A DNA stretch of 10,012 nucleotides from an uncultured Deinococcales bacterium (GTDB lineage Bacteria > Deinococcota > Deinococci > Deinococcales > JAAFIG01), in assembly GCA_964247135.1 (NCBI GenBank), contig CAXTTL010000182.1:1-10012 (forward strand). The letters are read 5' to 3'. The notes under the pieces are model-generated. The model was not told the origin of the DNA, did no database searches, and worked only from the letters and a program-made list of their open reading frames with translations. Both the position numbers and the translations under genes were made by a program. Positions 8,445-10,012 of this stretch are shown here, in pieces. How positions within the stretch are numbered: position 1 is the stretch's first letter; each line of letters begins with the position of its first letter.

Positions 8445-8990
8445 ATGAATCAGCAATCGAATCAAACCGACAATCAAGATTTGGTCATCGCCAACCGCGT
8501 TGCGGCGCTCGACACCCTCAAACGCCACCTTCACGGAATGCGATTTGCCATGCTGACGACCTTAAGCGAAGACGGCAGGCTGCACAGCCGCCCGATGACG
8601 ATCCAAGAACTAGCAGCCGACGGCAAGTTATGGTTTTTTACCAACCTCGACTCGGAAAAAGTTATCGAAGCCCAACACAAACCCTGGGTCAACTTGGCGT
8701 ACACCAACGAAGGCTCGAGTTTGTACGTGTCCGTTTCGGGTCGCGCCCAACTGGTCAAAGACCGTGAAAAAATCAAAGAACTCTGGAATCCAATGGTCGC
8801 CGCCTATTTCCCAAACGGCGTTGATGACCCTCAATTGGCGCTTCTGAGCGTCGATGTTGACGATGCGGAAGTTTGGGAATCGCCGAGCGCCGCGCCGGTT
8901 AGATTGTTCAACATGGTCAAAGCCATCGTCACCGGAAAAGTGGACGATCAGGGTCATCATGAGCATCTCGAGGTTGGCGCCAAAAGCTGA
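8445..8990 (+). CDS. Pyridoxamine 5'-phosphate oxidase-like FMN-binding protein (general stress protein 26/YdaG-like)
   Basis: 181 aa; GAGGAG SD at 8434-8439; motifs AMLTT, GRLHSRPM, LWFFT, YVSVSGRA, ELWNP and FPNGVDDPQLALL. Confidence 0.9.
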   Translation: MNQQSNQTDNQDLVIANRVAALDTLKRHLHGMRFAMLTTLSEDGRLHSRPMTIQELAADGKLWFFTNLDSEKVIEAQHKPWVNLAYTNEGSSLYVSVSGRAQLVKDREKIKELWNPMVAAYFPNGVDDPQLALLSVDVDDAEVWESPSAAPVRLFNMVKAIVTGKVDDQGHHEHLEVGAKS

Positions 8991-9020
8991 GGCAGATCAT
9001 CTGAAAGGCAGGAAAATCCA

Positions 9021-9392
9021 ATGCAACCCGAACGCATCAAAAAGTCTCAACCAGACGGTTCTGAGAATGTGGCAGAGGAATATGCCAAGTCAACGCAACA
9101 AATTCCGCTCGAGCGCGGCGCATCGATCTCCGAGCGCGACGGCGCGATTGAAGACTTGGAAACCGACCAAGACCCGAATGCCGACCTGATGAACGATTCG
9201 ATGATTGAGGCAGACCAAGCCCCCGAAGGGATTGAAGACGACCTTGACCGCGACGGCGGCGCTTACGCCGACGAATCCAACCTGCCCCAAAAAGTCTATT
9301 CGGATCGGGAGTTCAACCGTTTAATCGACAGTGACGTTCACGGTGACAGCCCCACCGCCGAAGACCACGAAGAGGTTTTTCCCACCGATTAA
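9021..9392 (+). CDS. Hypothetical acidic, probably disordered protein
   Basis: 123 aa, 30 nt after the previous stop, preceded by AGGCAGGA. About 35 of 123 residues are D/E; no Cys or Trp. Confidence 0.75.
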   Translation: MQPERIKKSQPDGSENVAEEYAKSTQQIPLERGASISERDGAIEDLETDQDPNADLMNDSMIEADQAPEGIEDDLDRDGGAYADESNLPQKVYSDREFNRLIDSDVHGDSPTAEDHEEVFPTD

Positions 9393-9424
9393 CGCTCGAG
9401 CGGCGAATCGTATAGCATCTTGTG

Positions 9425-10012
9425 ATGTCCTCAATTCCCAAACTCGAGATTGTCGTCGATAGCCTTGTGGGTGTGCAAATCGCTCGAGAATCTGGAGCGA
9501 ACCGCGTCGAACTGTGCTCCTCATTCGTTGAGGGCGGTATCACCCCAAGTATTGGTTTAACCTCCCTGGCGGTGCAGCAAAACATTCCTGTCAACGTGGT
9601 GGTGCGCCCACGGGCGGGCGATTCGCTGTACTCGAGCTTTGAAGTTGAAACGATGCTCGAGGATATTTGGGCGGTCAAACGTGTTGGCGCAAACGCCGTG
9701 GTGATCGGCGCGTTGACCGAAGATGAAAAGCTAGATTTTTCAGTGATGAAAAGCTTGATTGCCGCAGCCCGCCCGCTCGAGGTCACCTTTCATCGGGCGT
9801 TCGATGTGGTTGCCGACCCACCTGCCACGCTCGAGGCGCTCATCAATCTGGGTGTGCAACGCGTTTTGACCAGTGGACAACAATTGACGGCGGAACTTGG
9901 AATCCCGCTGCTCAAAAACCTGGTGGATTTGGCTCGAGAACGCATTTTGATTTTGCCTGCGGCGGGCATCAACGCCAGCAATGCCAAAAAAATTTGGACC
10001 CAAACGGGCGTG
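9425..10012 (+). CDS. cutC: Copper homeostasis protein CutC (TIM barrel); runs off the window end
   Basis: Not in the ORF track. Open for 196 codons from ATG 9425: MSSIPKLEIVVDS...GANRVELCSSFVEGGITPSIG...VRPRAGD...VVIGALT...VTFHRAFD...RVLTSG, the CutC signature motifs. Confidence 0.93.
   Translation, partial: MSSIPKLEIVVDSLVGVQIARESGANRVELCSSFVEGGITPSIGLTSLAVQQNIPVNVVVRPRAGDSLYSSFEVETMLEDIWAVKRVGANAVVIGALTEDEKLDFSVMKSLIAAARPLEVTFHRAFDVVADPPATLEALINLGVQRVLTSGQQLTAELGIPLLKNLVDLARERILILPAAGINASNAKKIWTQTGV

Noticed and set aside
9313-10003. Minus-strand ORFs 9313..9786, 9740..10003 and 9790..9987
   Set aside because: Antisense to cutC, which the track omitted because it has no stop codon in the window.
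6441-10012. A single copper/methanobactin-like cluster (MbnH-like protein plus CutC)
   Set aside because: No MbnP, TonB receptor or CopC/D genes, and the genes appear to have separate promoters.

Overview
Bacterial chromosomal window, most likely Deinococcota. This is inferred from the Deinococcus/Thermus-like MetX and MetY and from several apparently leaderless genes. Left to right: the 5' part of an AraC-type regulator (minus strand, truncated); a divergent 24-aa leader ORF and a TetA-like MFS efflux gene split by a 1-nt frameshift; a terminator; a secreted Asp-box/BNR beta-propeller protein (minus strand); a sigma70 promoter, a SAM-I riboswitch with an unusually long (~110 nt) P3 insert, and a terminator, leading into metY - small CxxC protein - metX; an orphan di-heme MauG/bCcP-family protein with a Tyr at the MauG ligand position; a DinB-family protein; a PNPOx-like general stress protein; an acidic low-complexity protein; and the 5' part of cutC. 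The most striking signals not explained by these genes are about 53 copies of the palindrome CTCGAG (about 3 expected), the enlarged SAM-I aptamer carrying a Met-containing mini-ORF, and the unannotated Cys/His protein coupled to metX. All calls come from manual reading; no searches were run.
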